Shown here: positions 12,913 to 27,316 of the stretch, piece after piece
How the letters are laid out: every line of letters begins with the position of its first letter
Numbering within the stretch: the first letter of the stretch is position 1
From: Octopus vulgaris
Lineage: Eukaryota
Direction: 5' to 3'
DNA: 64,000 bases
NCBI GenBank assembly: GCA_951406725.2
Contig: OX597821.1
Location: forward strand, 98,084,001-98,148,000
Translations under genes and position numbers: made by a program
Notes under the pieces: model-generated
Told to the model about the DNA's origin: nothing
Seen by the model: only the letters and a program-made list of their open reading frames with translations
The model's database searches: none

Positions 12913-14186
12913 TATATATATATATATATAATTATAAGTATCTTTTATTAGTTCCAGCCCAAGAGTAGTGACCAGATCTTGGAAAGGCTAAGATCAACTT
13001 TCAGTATCGAGTGCTATAAAATCCACCAAACTGAATTCTGCCTGGCATTCTCCAAATAATTTAGGACCAGAACTTGAAATCTACATTGAATGGATATAAA
13101 TGTATTCAAGAAAGCTTTGGATACTCTGAGATCCCAGATAAACCAATATCATGACAAAAACATGCAGCTGAAGACTGCAGTCCCAAATACCCTCATTCAC
13201 CAAAAGCTAACTACAGAAGGAAGGCTGTACTAACAGTAGCAGTAGTAAAAGGTGGCACCCTATGTGGTTTCTATATGTGGGTAATCATATCTTTGTGCTG
13301 CAGTTCTGGCTCTGTAAGTGCCACTCTTTGTATGCACAACTCAGTGTATGCATGTGTGGGTGAGTGAGCAAGTAAGTGTTTGTTTATCCCAGCCACACAA
13401 AAAAACAAGTTGCTTCAGAACCAACCCCTTATTATACCTGTACATCCTTTCACAGTAAGGACAAATCCATACAACAATCAATGACCATAAAGTACTCTGG
13501 CTAAAACTAATTCACTTTAACTTACTTTTTATTTTCAACTACTATCCTTATACAAAAAAAAAAATCATTCATTTAAACTTTTACTTTTATGATAATTGAG
13601 AATTTCGGTTGTTGAAACTAATACACACAAATATTTCTGAGAGACTTGATGTGTTTTCTAGTTTCATACCATCATAAGGCCCTTGGGTGCCTTAGTGGCA
13701 GCCATTTTGTTGTAGATATTTATGTTAGGTCTCTAGTTAGAGAATAACTAAATATAAGTAATTAAGTACAAAAAATAAGTACAGTCTAACAAGCTGTAAA
13801 TAGCACCATGAAAGAGATATAATAAGCCTTCACATAACATATTACAGCTAATATAAAATGTTCTTAGTCAAAATTAATCAGAGTAACTTGCATTTACACA
13901 TCCAACCACAAAACTAAATCAGTAAACTACTTACTTAAAAGACAATTTGTGCCATAGAAGTTATTTTTACAACCTTCTAGACAAGCACCTGTCAGGGGAT
14001 CACATGACCTTTTATGGCGGCAGTTACAAAGCGACAAACATCTCCAGCCAAATTTCCCCTCTGTACAATTTCGTTCTGAAATAAACAAGAATATCATTTA
14101 TTAACATATATTTCTTTAACATAACATAAACACACACACATACACATAGTTGGTAAAGTTTGAATTCCAAATCTGGGAGGACATAA

Positions 14187-14584
14187 TCTTTATATATAAA
14201 AGTCAAGTTGTGTGTCTGTCTCCTACGATTTAGATTCCTAACTACTCCCACATTTTGCGGTGCAGTTTAACCAAAACTGGGTATCTTATAGTCGTGATTC
14301 ATATCGAGCCCTTCTGGGTATTAGCGCGCGTCTACGATGAGTCTACGATTTAAAAAAAAATTTACCATCATTTTTTTCCATTTTAATGCATTTTTTTCGC
14401 TATTATATAAGGGAAGTAACTCTCTAAAAATGTCTACGATGAGTCAACGATTTAAAAAAAAATTTACCATCATTTTTTTTCCATTTTTAACACATTTTTT
14501 GCTATTTTTTGGCTATAACTCTCTAAAAATGCTTATATAGTTATTTCCCTTACAAACCCGAGCAACGCCGGGCGATATTGCTAG
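14187..14584 (+). mobile_element. Non-autonomous Helitron
   Basis: A|TC 5' end, 3' hairpin cccgagcaacgccggg, then CTAG|T, with no TSD. It carries an internal duplication of about 100 bp. A near-identical inverted copy lies at 30015-30413. Confidence 0.92.
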
Positions 14585-14991
14585 TTAAGTATATAACACA
14601 AGCCTGTTTCAGACAATTCACTCAGTTTACAATCCAGCAAACTACAAAAATATCACTCAGCTTCAGAGCCATATGGAGTTTAAGCAGATATAAGATAAAT
14701 CTACTTCTGGATAGGATATTAATCTATTTTAAGTGTACAAAAATTGTACTTCAAACTTCTTAGTATATTCCTGACATTCCTTCAACATTTATGTATTTCT
14801 TCCATTTCTTTGCAGATACATAGTTATGATACCGGAGTACTTATCAACGATCTAACATTTCATAGCAAAGAACTCACTTTAGACAGAAAACCAGTATACT
14901 GAAGGTGGACAAAATCTTGGAATGTCTTCCCTAATCCTTAATAGAGAAGTCAGTAGATGCAAGCAGAACTAAATGTATGTGTGTACATGTA

Positions 14992-15024
<33 letters not shown>

Positions 15025-15038
15025 TAAATATATATACA

Positions 15039-15090
15039 CATCATCATCATCGTCATTTAACGTCCGTTTTCCATGCTAGCATGGGTTGGA
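15039..15090 (-). mobile_element. Very short RTE 3' tail
   Basis: catcatcatcatcgtcatttaacgtccgttttccatgctagcatgggttgga is the reverse complement of the tail at 46005-46048. Confidence 0.8.
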
Positions 15091-15097
15091 CTACTCA

Positions 15098-15260
15098 TAT
15101 ATACACACACACACACATATATATATATATACACATATATACACACACATATATACACATATATACACACACATATATACACACACACACACATATATAC
15201 ACACACACACATATATACACACACACACATATATATATATATACACACACACATATATAT

Positions 15261-15292
<32 letters not shown>

Positions 15293-15309
15293 TTACACAT
15301 ATATATAAC

Positions 15310-15340
<31 letters not shown>

Positions 15341-15348
15341 TATTATTA
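15098..15348. repeat. Compound (TA)n(CA)n microsatellite followed by (ATT)n
   Basis: Direct reading. Confidence 0.95.
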
Positions 15349-15351
15349 AGA

Positions 15352-15815
15352 TGATGAGCTTGCAGAATCGTTAGCATGCCAAGCAAAATGCTTAATGGCA
15401 TTTCATCCATCTTTGCATTCTGAGTTGAAATTCCACTGAGGTCAACTTTGACTTTCATCCTTTTGGGGTCAACAAATTAAGTACCAATGAAACACCAGGG
15501 TCGATGTAATCGACTAGTCCCTACCCCCAAAATTTCAGGCCTTGTGCTTTTAATAGAAATTATTATTATTAAGACAAAAACAAAGAAATTATTATTATTA
15601 TTAAAATGACAAACTGGCAGAATCATCAGTATGTCAGATAAAAAGCTTAACAGTATTTCTTCTGGTCCTTTATGCTGTGTTCGAATACCAACGGTCAACT
15701 TTTCCTTTCAGCCTAAGAGGGTAATTAAAATAAAGTACCATTCAAGTACTGGAGTGTAATCAACTATGCCCCTCCCTCTAAAATTGCTGTCTCCTTGTGC
15801 CACAATTTGAAACCA
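15352..15815 (+). mobile_element. Two tandem SINE type C copies, each preceded by (ATT)n
   Basis: 15352-15552 and about 15606-15815 match the consensus seen at 61728 and 51818. Confidence 0.75.
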
Positions 15816-18800
15816 TTAGAGGAGGAGAAGGAGGAGGCATCGGTCTTAATTCATTCACCCAAAATAGATATGTTGAAGCTTTGAAATGAAAGTGCTCTGC
15901 GCAACAGGGTGACAAATATTTGTGTATGTAGTTTTAAGTGTATCTATACACTGCTCTTCCATAGATTAACTTTCTAACTAAATAGCTAAATAATAGCCCC
16001 TTTAATTTGTACAACTGGCCTTCATTAATTGAAGCTAGGTATAGGGACTGAGAGTATAATCATCTGTTGTAAATATCTATTATTAGCATTGAAATCCATT
16101 TGCTTTCCTACACTCATTTGATATAAATATACCTCAAAACATTTAATGGTTTAAAGATAACCAAACAAAAACCACTTTAAGTAAAAAGAAAAAAAAGTTT
16201 ATTTAGTCAGCTTGTACTTAGATTAGTGGTAGGGAATACAATTTAAATAAAGCTGGAAGATTATTAAAAAAAAATATCACAGCACTCACAACAAAAACTC
16301 AATATGAAAGAGAAAATCTAGGGCACTTGTTTCTAATATTAAATAAATTAGTGAAAAAATATCCTCAGTACAGGTGATTAAACTTTGTCCTTGCCTCAAT
16401 GAAAAAAGGATTTTGACTAAGTATTCTCTCTAATGGATTAAATATTCCCATTATGTTACCTTGTGTAAATATTTCACATGGAGATGGGGGAAGTAAAATT
16501 TACAATAGATATTTGCCATCATTTGTTTTGTAGTCTCATTTATATCAAAGTGTGTAGCTATTATTCAATACAAATTTCTTTACTCCCAAACTATATACTG
16601 CCAATACTCCAGGCCTATCCCAAGACTGAATATTTTTACACCATACTTACCTTGTTAAGTTTCACTCCTTCCTCTCACAATCAACTTCTGTGGCATGTTA
16701 ATTATCAAGGACAGCAGTCACTTAGTCTGTTGTTGCATGCTTTGCTAGTCCCATTCTATGCTTGAAGTAATTTTATCCAACCTAAATATTTAGGAGTCCC
16801 AACTACAATATTGTACTAGCAGTACTATGAAAATTACATGGTTATTTTAAAAGCTAAAATTGTTGACAGTTTACAGAAAGTCATGAGATACATAATTTCT
16901 TTTCAAATTGTATTTTTTCTGAAGCCTTTACTTTTTGAAATGGCATAAAATGGACAGTCATAGTACTGACAGTACAGTCTTAAGTGAGAGAACATCTCTG
17001 AAAACTTCTTTGTTACACATACTTGTCACCTAACTAGAGAGTTGTTATGTTTTTTCTTTTTTCTTTACCTCAAAAAGTCAATAGTCTGAACTCTATAAAA
17101 TGAAATCAAAGACATATTTTTCTGTTACTGTATGACTATGTTAGTAAAGTTTAACAAACCTTCATACTGTACTACACTTTTGTTTTCAGATTAGAGAAAA
17201 GTGCATATTAGGTGAAGCTTGAGCCCGCTATCTCAATAAATGAAGCTGCCTTACTAGTGGAATTATATAGATATCAATTTTGGGGTTTTTTTTTTCTTTT
17301 CATTAAGGCTTCACATAAAAAAAGTGCACAGCACCCTTTTGTGAAACCATACTTCAACTTATGTTGTCAGGGTAGATTTCTGGAGTTTTTGTCATATATT
17401 CAGTTCTGTTTTGTGTAAAGACCTTCTCCTAAAATGTTTTCCTGGGGTTATTTTATGATAGATAAAATTATAAACAGAATTGGAAAGCCTTAAAAGTGCA
17501 ATTACCAGCTAATATATTTTTGAGTCAAAACTTAACTTAATTAGCATATTTCAGGGAACATAACTATGATTTCAAAGGTATTATTTAAAACAAAACACAG
17601 CTACCCCCTACCCCCTGTTAAAATTTGACACAATCTGCTACTCAATAGTTATCCTGGATATTATTAGTACTAGATAATCACTACCAAATTTTAACTCTGT
17701 GGATCAGGTGATCCATCCAGAAGGTTTTGCCCTCATTATCATTAAGGCAAAACCCAATGTACCACCTCCAGTTGCCTTCCTCATCTCAGTTCACAGCAGG
17801 TAGTTGATTGAACTGAAACACATGATCTTCCTGACAGATCTGCTATGTCAATGTTTCCATTATTACAAAAAGAGACACCATTGTTTCCTCTTCTAGGTAG
17901 TCATACCTCTACTATGTTGTCATCCCTGAGAATCACGGTTATGTTCTTGATCATCTCATTCTCTGACAGTTCGCTGACCTCTCAAAAAGGTTTTGCAGAC
18001 ATCTAAATATTGATGAGTGATTCACAAGTACTGGACTTTTTCCCTTACAAGTACTGGACTTCTTCAGGTTGAGTGGATTCCTTCTTTCATCCACTAACAG
18101 ACATAACAGGCTTTTTGTGTTGCTTACATTTCACAAAAAGTTGATCAACAAAATCATTGGCTCTCATTTTCTTTATTTGGTTTTCTCTCAACTATTGTTT
18201 CTTCTGCTTCTGTTTGTTGCTTCCCATCATCACGTTGGCATCTTGCTATTTGAGGACAGCAATAGTTGAACACTCAACTTCAATGACACACCTATAAGTC
18301 AGGATAAAGTCATCTTTGATCCTCTTTGCCTTAAACAACCTGTTTCTGTTTGAATGTCAGGTTGACCTAGAAAGAAGTGACTTTACTTGATCAAGAACTT
18401 CTCTGCATTTAAATCAGTTCTTCTGTTAGTCTGCCACCAGTGAATGAAGAGTTGATTATGAAGCAATAGAATCAGTGCTCAAGTATTTACACTTGCACTG
18501 CAATTCTTCTCCTTTCATAGTCTGAAGACACATCTTACTCAAAAAGTGATAAAAATCACTAAGGCCACTCTCGGCTTGCTCTCTCAATGCAATTATGGAT
18601 CTGTCACCTTGTACATGAAATTAGTAAGCACTTTAAATCTTGCTATAGCGAAATTATCCTTAGAGCAAATTTTACATGCTTAAGCAATATGATAATTTAG
18701 CAGCACCTGTACAAGTAGCTGTTTGATGCAAGGTTGCAGTCCTTGAACACACCTGATATATAAGTCCAGTAAATTACTTGTTTGTAGAGGTTACAAATCA

Positions 18801-20149
18801 AACTGTCAGTAACAATGTTGTCTTTTTACCTCCCTTATGAGCTTTAAAAGAGCTTCCAGAATAGTATCAAAAAATTGTAGAAAACGGTATGACTGAGTTG
18901 CTAGGGTTTCATACAAAAGGTTTATCCAAAGAGTTTATGCCATTAGAACAAACTGGAAGGTAAAAACAGGATATAGAAGCACCATCTACTCCAACTGAGC
19001 TAACTGTAAAGAATGAATATGGCTAAAAGTAGGGTACAGTACTTATAAGGTCAGTCTGTAATATTTGCTGATAATAATCTTAGCACAAAAATTACAAAAG
19101 GAGTTCATAATTAGGTAAGTCCATACACTGAGTTGTATAAGGAAATGAGGCGCCACAAACATCAAACAAGTTTGAATAAGTTCATCAGTGCTGAAGTAGA
19201 TGCTAACGAAGATAATTTCCAGTGCATAAGATAGGGCTCCTCTTACTTCCAATAACTCCCAGTTCCATTACCTAACACACACAACACCCGATATCATTTG
19301 TGTTGAGTATGTACTGTACTATGGTGTTATTGTATTCTTATTCATTCATTAAAATATATTCTTTATTTCGCTTCATATGTTTTTATGTATACATACTGTA
19401 CTGAGTGTGTTTAAAAATTGATATTTTTATGCATAAAAGCGGTTGTATTTTCTCTCTCTCTTTCTCTTTCTCTCCCACCCCCAGAAAAATTCCATCAGAA
19501 TGCATCTGTTTATACCATGAAAATCAATAAGAAAATACATTTTGCATAACAGAATTCTGCATTATGCAAGATTTGCAGGAACACAGAATGCCACGACATG
19601 GGGATGTGTGTGTGTGTGTGTGTGTGCGCACACATAACTATAAAACACAAGCATGTTAATATAAGCCTGTGTGTGTATTTTGTATATCTATGAACATATC
19701 AATGTATGTCTGCATGTATGTGTACAGTTACCTGTACATTTGTATGTATATAAACACACACACATACATACATACACACACACACAGCTGCCCTTGACAC
19801 TATTGAATTAATAATGTGCTTATTTATTCTCTTAACCCCTAGTTTTATAACTTCTCATCTGTTTCTTTATTTATGCTGCCTGGTGCATTGTAAGACAGTG
19901 ACTTTCAGTTTGCCTCAATATAAAATAATCATATCCATCATCCACTTAATTCAGTCTCCTATTCTCACATACAGATGAGGCTGAGAGCCACACTTGTGAA
20001 CCTCATCTCACCTTTGTAATGCATCAGTAATTTTTGGAGCTGAAGTATTTTCTTGCCCCAAAGGGAAAAGCTAGTTTTTTGGGTGTGATCATAGCTACGT
20101 GCTTTTGTGAGAGAGAGAGAGAGAGAGATCATGAGTGACAGTGAAACCT

Positions 20150-20660
20150 AATATCTGGAACAATCATGTGGTCTCTAGTTGTGTGCTACTCATGTTTGAT
20201 GGATTGTAGCAAAATGTTTTGTTGATGTATTCAGTGATTATGTTTTTTACTGTTGAAAGAGATAACACTGACCAGGCACCATTGGAGAAAACTTTCAAAG
20301 TCTCCTTTTATGAAACTAGTGTAGGTTTGGCATGCGAGATGTCAAGGAAGTGTGTGATTGAAGAAGGAAGGGTGATATTTTCTGTTGACAAATGACCATT
20401 ATTGAACATGACAGCAAATAGGTTGTTAATGCATAGAGGGATGAGAGTGTAAGATAAAACTGAACCCTGGCATACACTGGAGTTGATACAGCATGGGACA
20501 GAAAGAGTGCCTTCAGCACACACTCTGATAGTGCAACCTGATAAGAAGTTACAAATGTAAAGAGCGAAAAAGAGACAGAGCCCATAAGCAGGAAGTTTCG
20601 AAAGGAGATTCACATACCAGACATAGTCAAAAGCTTTGTCAATGTTGATGGCAACAACAT
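20150..20660 (-). mobile_element. CR1/L2/Jockey-group LINE reverse transcriptase remnant
   Basis: KAFDYVWYVNLLSKLPAYG...NFLSGCTIRV...INSSVCQGSVLSYTLIPLCINNL, corresponding to the KAFD and QGSVL RT motifs. Confidence 0.85.
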
Positions 20661-20834
20661 TATGTATAAACAGTGAATGATAGAGTTGTTTTCAATTGTT
20701 CTTCATAATAAAGTTTGAAAAAGTATTTAAAATGTCAACTGGAAACATACAATTAGTTTTCTTTTAATGTTTAAATCAAAGGTTGTGTATAAATAGCTCT
20801 GATTACAACTTGGGTAACTACATTAAGTCATAAC

Positions 20835-20868
<34 letters not shown>

Positions 20869-21019
20869 AGCTGTGCTTTCAAAGAGAGGAAAAAAATTAT
20901 ATTGTTGTCGGTATTAAAAAAATCAAAAGTTGTTCTTTGTGGAGCAAGCATAACCTATTCTGAAGTACACAAACTATTAAAGAAGAGAACACCTATTTTT
21001 CTGCCTCAATAAAGAGAGT

Positions 21020-21440
21020 ATGTCTCTACACTACCAGAAAACTTGTTCTACTGCATGGATAAGAGAATCTGGTAGACCTGGAACTACAACATGTACAAGA
21101 GACAGAAGAGTGAAATTTTTAGCTCTTCTGGAAAAAAAGAAAACCCAACAGCAATTATCAGAATTCAGAACTGCTGACAACAGTTTCCAGAAGGACTATA
21201 ACAACATGCATTAAGAAGCCTCTTGTTAACTAAAGAAAATATTTAGGGTAGATTGCTCAAGAATGATAAATAAGATTGAGACTAGTTTCAGAATGCTTTC
21301 TAGAGTGATTAATCAAAATTTGAGATTTGTACTCGTACTCCAAAATGTTGCTTTGGTAGAAATGGTGAGAGATTCCACTCTGTGCCTGTTTCAACAACAG
21401 TGATACATGGAGAAGCTACAATCATAATATGAAGTCATTC
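21020..21440 (+). mobile_element. Degenerate Tc1-like transposase fragment
   Basis: RESGRPGTTTCTRDRRVKFL, then KKPL, SDxSKFEI and TVIHGEATI in shifting frames. Confidence 0.65.
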
Positions 21441-22695
21441 ATATGTGGGTATGTATGTCTGAGTGTGTCTTCTATACATAAGTGTATGTGAGTGTGTGCA
21501 TTTACATGGTGGCTGCCCCCCTTGTTAACGAGTATGGCCATTGCACGAAGCTTAATCAATGTTGTTATCGTGCAGTGCCTGTGCAAGAAGATATTTTTTT
21601 AAGTGAGGAAAGGCTGTGCACTGAGTCAATCCCACTCACTAAGCAACAGCAGCCATAATCCAAAAAGAAGAACAAGTCAACATCATCGGTAACCACTGAG
21701 CCGCAGGTTTTATGTCGGAGTTATCCCAGTTACCTGAGTTGCCTTCTCCTAGAAGGATGCCCTGACAAAGGCTAGGAGTCCTTCACTCCCAATGGTTTAA
21801 CTGCGCGATACATGTATGTAGATTTATGTATTTCTTTTGCAAGATTTTTGATGTGAAATCATGAGTTAAATCAAATATTGTTATATTTGGGGATGGCCAT
21901 CTTTTGCCAATAAAACACATGCACTATTTATTTGATCTTCACTTTAGTATCATCATTATTATTAGTTCATTTGTCAGAGTTCTTTCATCACACATTCTGT
22001 GACCTCTTGTCCTACCTATTCCATGCCTTTCTGTCAGAAAGACAAAATAGAATAGGCAGGACAAGAGGTGATGATCATATGTGTTTGTGTGTATGTGTGA
22101 GAGAGATCATGTGCTCCACAACTGGTATTCTGCGACACACTGGTGTGCCACAAGACAACGCTAGGTGTGCCACAGTGTAACCTGAATATAATTTTTCCCC
22201 TATACTTTTGGTTATATTTTTAGTTCAGGTGTGCCACCAAATTTTGAAAAGAATATAAGTGTATCGCAAGTGAAAAATGATTGCAGAGCGCTAATGTAGA
22301 CCAATCTGAAGATGCTGAACCCAATGAAGGAAATATCAAGAGACTGCAACAAGTGGTGAAACGTGGTGCTAGAAAAAGTTCCATCCAATACCATAACATA
22401 AAATAATAACAATAGCTTAATAAATCAATGGCAAAAGTTTTAATGAAATAATAGAAACATATGAAAAAAATAGACCAGTTAATAAGACTCAAACTTGTCT
22501 GTTGCACACACAGCGATCATATTACTGATTACACTAGAGTGCCTGTTATCTCATTATCAAATTAGTCAAAAAATATTATATTTGTTGCTCAGATTATTCA
22601 TTCTTCATTCAGCTTCTACTTTTATGATGAAAATTAATTCTAAGAATATGAATAATTTTAAATCAATGCTAAAGATTTTGACATAATTAATTTAA

Positions 22696-22915
22696 CCCTT
22701 TTGTAACTATATTTCTGTTGAGATGCTCTGTTTCTTTCAATTAATTTTAAATATAACAAAGGATTTAGTAAAGTAACTTAGTTATCATTAAGCTAGTGTT
22801 AGGAACATAAATTGTGACTAAGGTTTGGTGGAAGATTTTAATTAAGAACTTTTGAAAATAAGACATTTGTACTACAGAGCCAGAAGAAGTTTCAGGCAGG
22901 TTGGTATCAAAAGAG
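22696..22915. mobile_element. piggyBac-type MITE, second family
   Basis: TTAA|CCCTTTTG...CAAAAGAG|TTAA. Confidence 0.75.
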
Positions 22916-24030
22916 TTAAAACATTATAAGCCCTAGAAATGGATAATATGTAGTGGACATGCTGGTTGAAAGGTATCAATATACTGACAATAAACAGTAC
23001 TCTTGGCAACAGAGGTGAAAATGAGAATGACAAAGATTGAGCCTCAGACAAAACAGCTCAGTACTAAGATGAATAGTGATACAATGTACAGCACGTCCAT
23101 CTAACGGGATATAATCAATTAAATCAACCCTATTACTTGATTGACACTGTATTTTATTGATTCTGGAAAAAGGAACACAAAGTTAATCAACAGGATTTGA
23201 ACTGAGAATATAAGGGACTTAGCAAAAAAACCACAAGGCATTTTTGTACACCACTGATTCTGCCTTTTACTACCCTCTAATGTAGGCTCAAGACCATGGA
23301 TTTTAGACATCCTAGTCAATTACATTAACCCTAGTACAAGTGCATATTCCATTAATTCCAGAACAGCGAAAGAGTATAACTAAATACCTCTAGGGTTTTA
23401 ATCCATCATTCTGGTGCTACTAGAATCAACAACCTTCTGCCACCAACAACTCACTACCAATAATAATAAAATAACAATATTCTGTTGTTGATGAGGTACA
23501 CGCGTCAAAAGATATGCCATAACAACAAGTTAATTTGTCATCTCGCAGAATAAGTAACTTGATCCTTTGAAGATGGTGCCAACAGATGGTGTGTATGTTC
23601 ACTGATGTAACAAATATTCACCTAATGTGCCTACAGAATCTCTCTGCTTTAAAGTGTATGGTTAATCCAAAAAGTGCAACTAAATTGTTTGCAAAACCGC
23701 AAACAGGTTGCAAACTGAGTTTATAAAAATGCTACGTGCTTTCAATTATTTATAAGTAACAACATTAACCCAATTTAATAAACTGGTTTACTAAACTTCA
23801 TCTTCAGGTTTTTAGTTTATAAACAACATTTCAGTTGGTTAGTCAGTTGATCACGATGGTTAACACTTCCCACATGCAATGATTTCTTCATAGTCAAACA
23901 TTTCTAAAGTATGTTGTTTTTTTTTTTACCATAAAACATGAAAATCTGAAGATAAAGGGAGTCTTGAAGGGGAGAAAATGTATTATCATCGGGAATATGG
24001 CAAGGTGAATACAAAGACGCAGTTTTCAGC

Positions 24031-24426
24031 ACTCTTTACTCTTTTACTTGTTTCAGTCATTTGACTGCGGCCATGCTGGAGCACCACCTTTAATCGAGCA
24101 ACTCAACCCCAGGACTTATTCTTTTGTAAGCCCAGTACTTATTCTATCGGCCTCTTTTGCCGAATCGCTAAGTAACAGGGACATAAACACACCAGCATCG
24201 GTTGTCAAGCAATGCTAGGGGGACAAACACAGACACACAAACACACACACGCATAAAAATATAAACATATATACGATGGGCTTCTTTCAGTTTCCGTCTA
24301 CCAAATCCACTCACAAGGCTTTGGTCGGTCCAAGGCTATAGTAGAAGACACTTGCCGAAGGTGCCACGCAGTGGGACTGAACCCGGAACCATGTGGTTGG
24401 TAAACAAGCTACTTACCACACAGCCA
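24031..24426 (-). mobile_element. SINE type A
   Basis: Reverse complement of 37297-37709. Confidence 0.92.
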
Positions 24427-25408
24427 TGCAACTCAACATTATTAATCATAACATAGTAAATTAGGGATATCTTCTTTGGTTACATTAAATTTAGAACCTG
24501 TATGATGAAAAAGAACAATGAAGCTCAATTTACAAAATAAGGTTTCTGAGTTCAAACTAAAACTAGGAATATGTTGATATGTAAGAATAAGCACCGAAAG
24601 AAATCGGGTTCCTAGAATACACTAACCGAAATAGAATGTTGAACATGGAAACACAAGAGACTAAGTATTACCATACTACTGCAGCAATAACTCTAAAATA
24701 TAAGCAAATAATGATGACTCAGTGGTGTATAGAATTAAATAAAAGATTACAGAATATTGTTAGGCAGAATGGAAAGCAACAGCAAAAAGCCGGGAGTAGC
24801 AATTTGTGAAGAAACAGTATTGAATATAAATCTCAATGAAGGACTTTTTGACTGTGTGATGAGGTTTTAACTGACTAGTTTCATTATTATTTAAAAATTC
24901 ATCAGGCTTCACTTATCTATCCTTTGCAAGATGTCAAGCATACAAAACTGATCGTCAGGCAATGATTAATAGACAATACAGCATAGGTTATTAGTCATAA
25001 TTTCACAGCAAAAATACATACATACAGACATGATTTCACAGATCTATGTATTCATAACCCATCAGCCATCATTTTTTTTATGCTCAGCAACTTGGGAAAG
25101 AACCTTATTAATCCTTAAGTAACAATGAAATCAGTCTGATCCCAAACTTATTGCATTAATAATAGAAGATTATATCTTTATATTTTTTATCTATTTACCT
25201 ATAATTATATATTTTAAATTTACCTAATTTCACACTTCACAGTGTGTGGGGGAAGGGGTTGCTGAAATGTCGGAATAGACGTGTATCTTTGTGTTCCTGT
25301 GTATTTACAAATGTGTAATTTAGTGTGTATGGTGTGGTGTGTATATAAGTGTAAGCTCTTGTATTTGCATGCATGCATGCATGCACACACAGACACACAC
25401 ACACAAAT

Positions 25409-25797
25409 ATGGTTGTGTGGTTAAGAAGTTTGCTTCCTAACCACATAGTTTCAGGTTCAGTCCCACAGTAGGGCACCTTGGGCAAGCATCTTCTACTAGA
25501 CCCTTGGGCTGACCAAAGCCTAATGCATAGATTTAGAAGACAAAAACTGAAAGAAGCCAATCGTGTATCTGTCCTTGTCTTAACATGATGTGACAGTTAT
25601 AAGCAAGAGTTACTATTATACAAGTAGTATCATTCGTTCCTTATCTCCTGTGAAACCTTGTCCAGTCAAGGGAAATATCACCATGCTTGTAAACAGGTGA
25701 GGGTTGAGGACAGTAAGGTTATCTGGTAGTAGAAAATTTGCCTCAATGAAGGCCCATGCAAGCATGGGAAAGTGGATATTAAAATGATGAAGATGAA
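25409..25797 (+). mobile_element. SINE type B: same head as type A, different body, RTE-like 3' tail
   Basis: Head ggttgtgtggttaagaag...ggcaccttgggcaag...aactgaaagaagcc. End cccatgcaagcatgggaaagtggatattaaaatgatgaagatg resembles the RTE tail at 33283-33325. Confidence 0.8.
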
Positions 25798-26187
25798 TAT
25801 AATATAATATATATATAAAATTTGTCCCGAGCTTTTCAACGACTACCAAGAACAGCAAAACGAGCAATGTTTTTAACCCTAGGTATATAGTAAGACCTGC
25901 TGAATAGAATTAACCCCTAACTTAATTATCTGCCCTTGATGATTATCTACCCTAGTTATATAACAATGGTGGTGGCAGTAACCAGTGAAAGAGGTTAGGT
26001 TTTTTTATACTGATCAGATCAGTTTTGATTGAGAAAAACTGTGATCAAAGGCTTTTCACTATGACCAACTTGGCTTTTTATTTATAAGGCCCAATATATT
26101 GGTTGATGTGTAATTTCCCTCAAGACAATAAGATATAGTTTAAGAGAATTTCATTGCTGTTCTCACAGATAGAGTGACACTGTAGAG

Positions 26188-26606
26188 CGGGATGTCAGCA
26201 ATCTTCTTATATCACTGACCCCTGCAGGGAATCAGATAACTCATTAACCCCAATTATGTAAATTTCTAAAATAAAATTAAAATGCATAATTAATAACAAT
26301 TTTACTTAAAAACTAATTATTTTGGGGGTTTTTTTTTTGTGTCATTACTCTTTTTAATACAAAATACTTAAAGAACAAATATTCAGTCATATCATATTGA
26401 TATGCTCAGAATAATTAATGTGAGACATGCGTTTAGTGAATAGTTAGTGCATCAATATTTGGCTGGAAATTATTTTAAATTTAGCTTGAAATTTCCACAC
26501 ACTTCCAGATTTAGTTTTAGTGTTCAAAATCATTTCAGATGTTTATCAACCCCTGGATAGCCACATAAAGCCTAGGGGTTGATATTGACCACTTTGCTAG
26601 CCCTTG
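26188..26606. mobile_element. Possible old hAT-type non-autonomous element
   Basis: Degenerate termini cgggatgtcagcaa / ttgctagcccttg and subterminal gacccc/ggggtt motifs. TSD only partly matching. Confidence 0.4.
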
Positions 26607-27164
26607 ACAAAGAGGCTCCCATACCTTTAGTGTGTGTGATGGTATCAGCAAAAGTGACAATGCATGTCCCGGTGACATCAGTGAATGTAGAAATGCCTCT
26701 GGTGCTGTGATGGTAGAGGTATAAGAAAAGCAGCAAAGCTTATGGTAGTAGTGGTGATGGTATCCATGAAGGTAGCAATGCTTCTTGTAATGAAGGTATC
26801 AGCAAAGGTAGCTCAGCCTTTGGTAGTAGTGTGGTTGTGATGGAAGTGGTATCAGTAACAGTAGTAGTGTGGTGATGGTGGTGGTATCAATGATGGGGGG
26901 AAATGCCTATAATATTAAGTACAGTGGTGGGATCAGTGAAGATAGCTATGCTTCTGATGACACTGGAGGCAACTTTAAGAACTATTAATCTCTCTACTCA
27001 TGAGAACTGAAAATGAAACTCATCAAATTTAACATTTCACATATGTGAATGACTAATTTATTTTAAATTATTTATTTCAGAAGCACAGGCATGCAGCCAT
27101 ATATATGCGTGCCTCTCTCTGTCTCTCTCCCTTTTTCACACAAAACACATAACTCAAAACATAA

Positions 27165-27212
<48 letters not shown>

Positions 27213-27316
27213 TCATGTTTTGAGTTATATTTTTCCTGTTTTCATCACCAAACCTATATGCATGTGTGTGTGAGAAAGAGAGAGAAAAAGTGAGAGAGAG
27301 AGAGGGATGAGGGAGG

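Noticed and set aside
16651-16781. Possible minus-strand exon with strong AAG|GTAAGT donor
   Set aside because: It has stops in all three frames from the apparent acceptor, and the shorter alternative is not frame-preserving. At most it is a cryptic or poison exon.
17700-19600. Possible decayed RTE and Tigger/pogo remnants (also about 41935-45720)
   Set aside because: Only faint motif traces, and I could not establish frames or boundaries by eye.
22108-22293. Possible hAT MITE
   Set aside because: Termini are degenerate and there is no matching 8-bp TSD.
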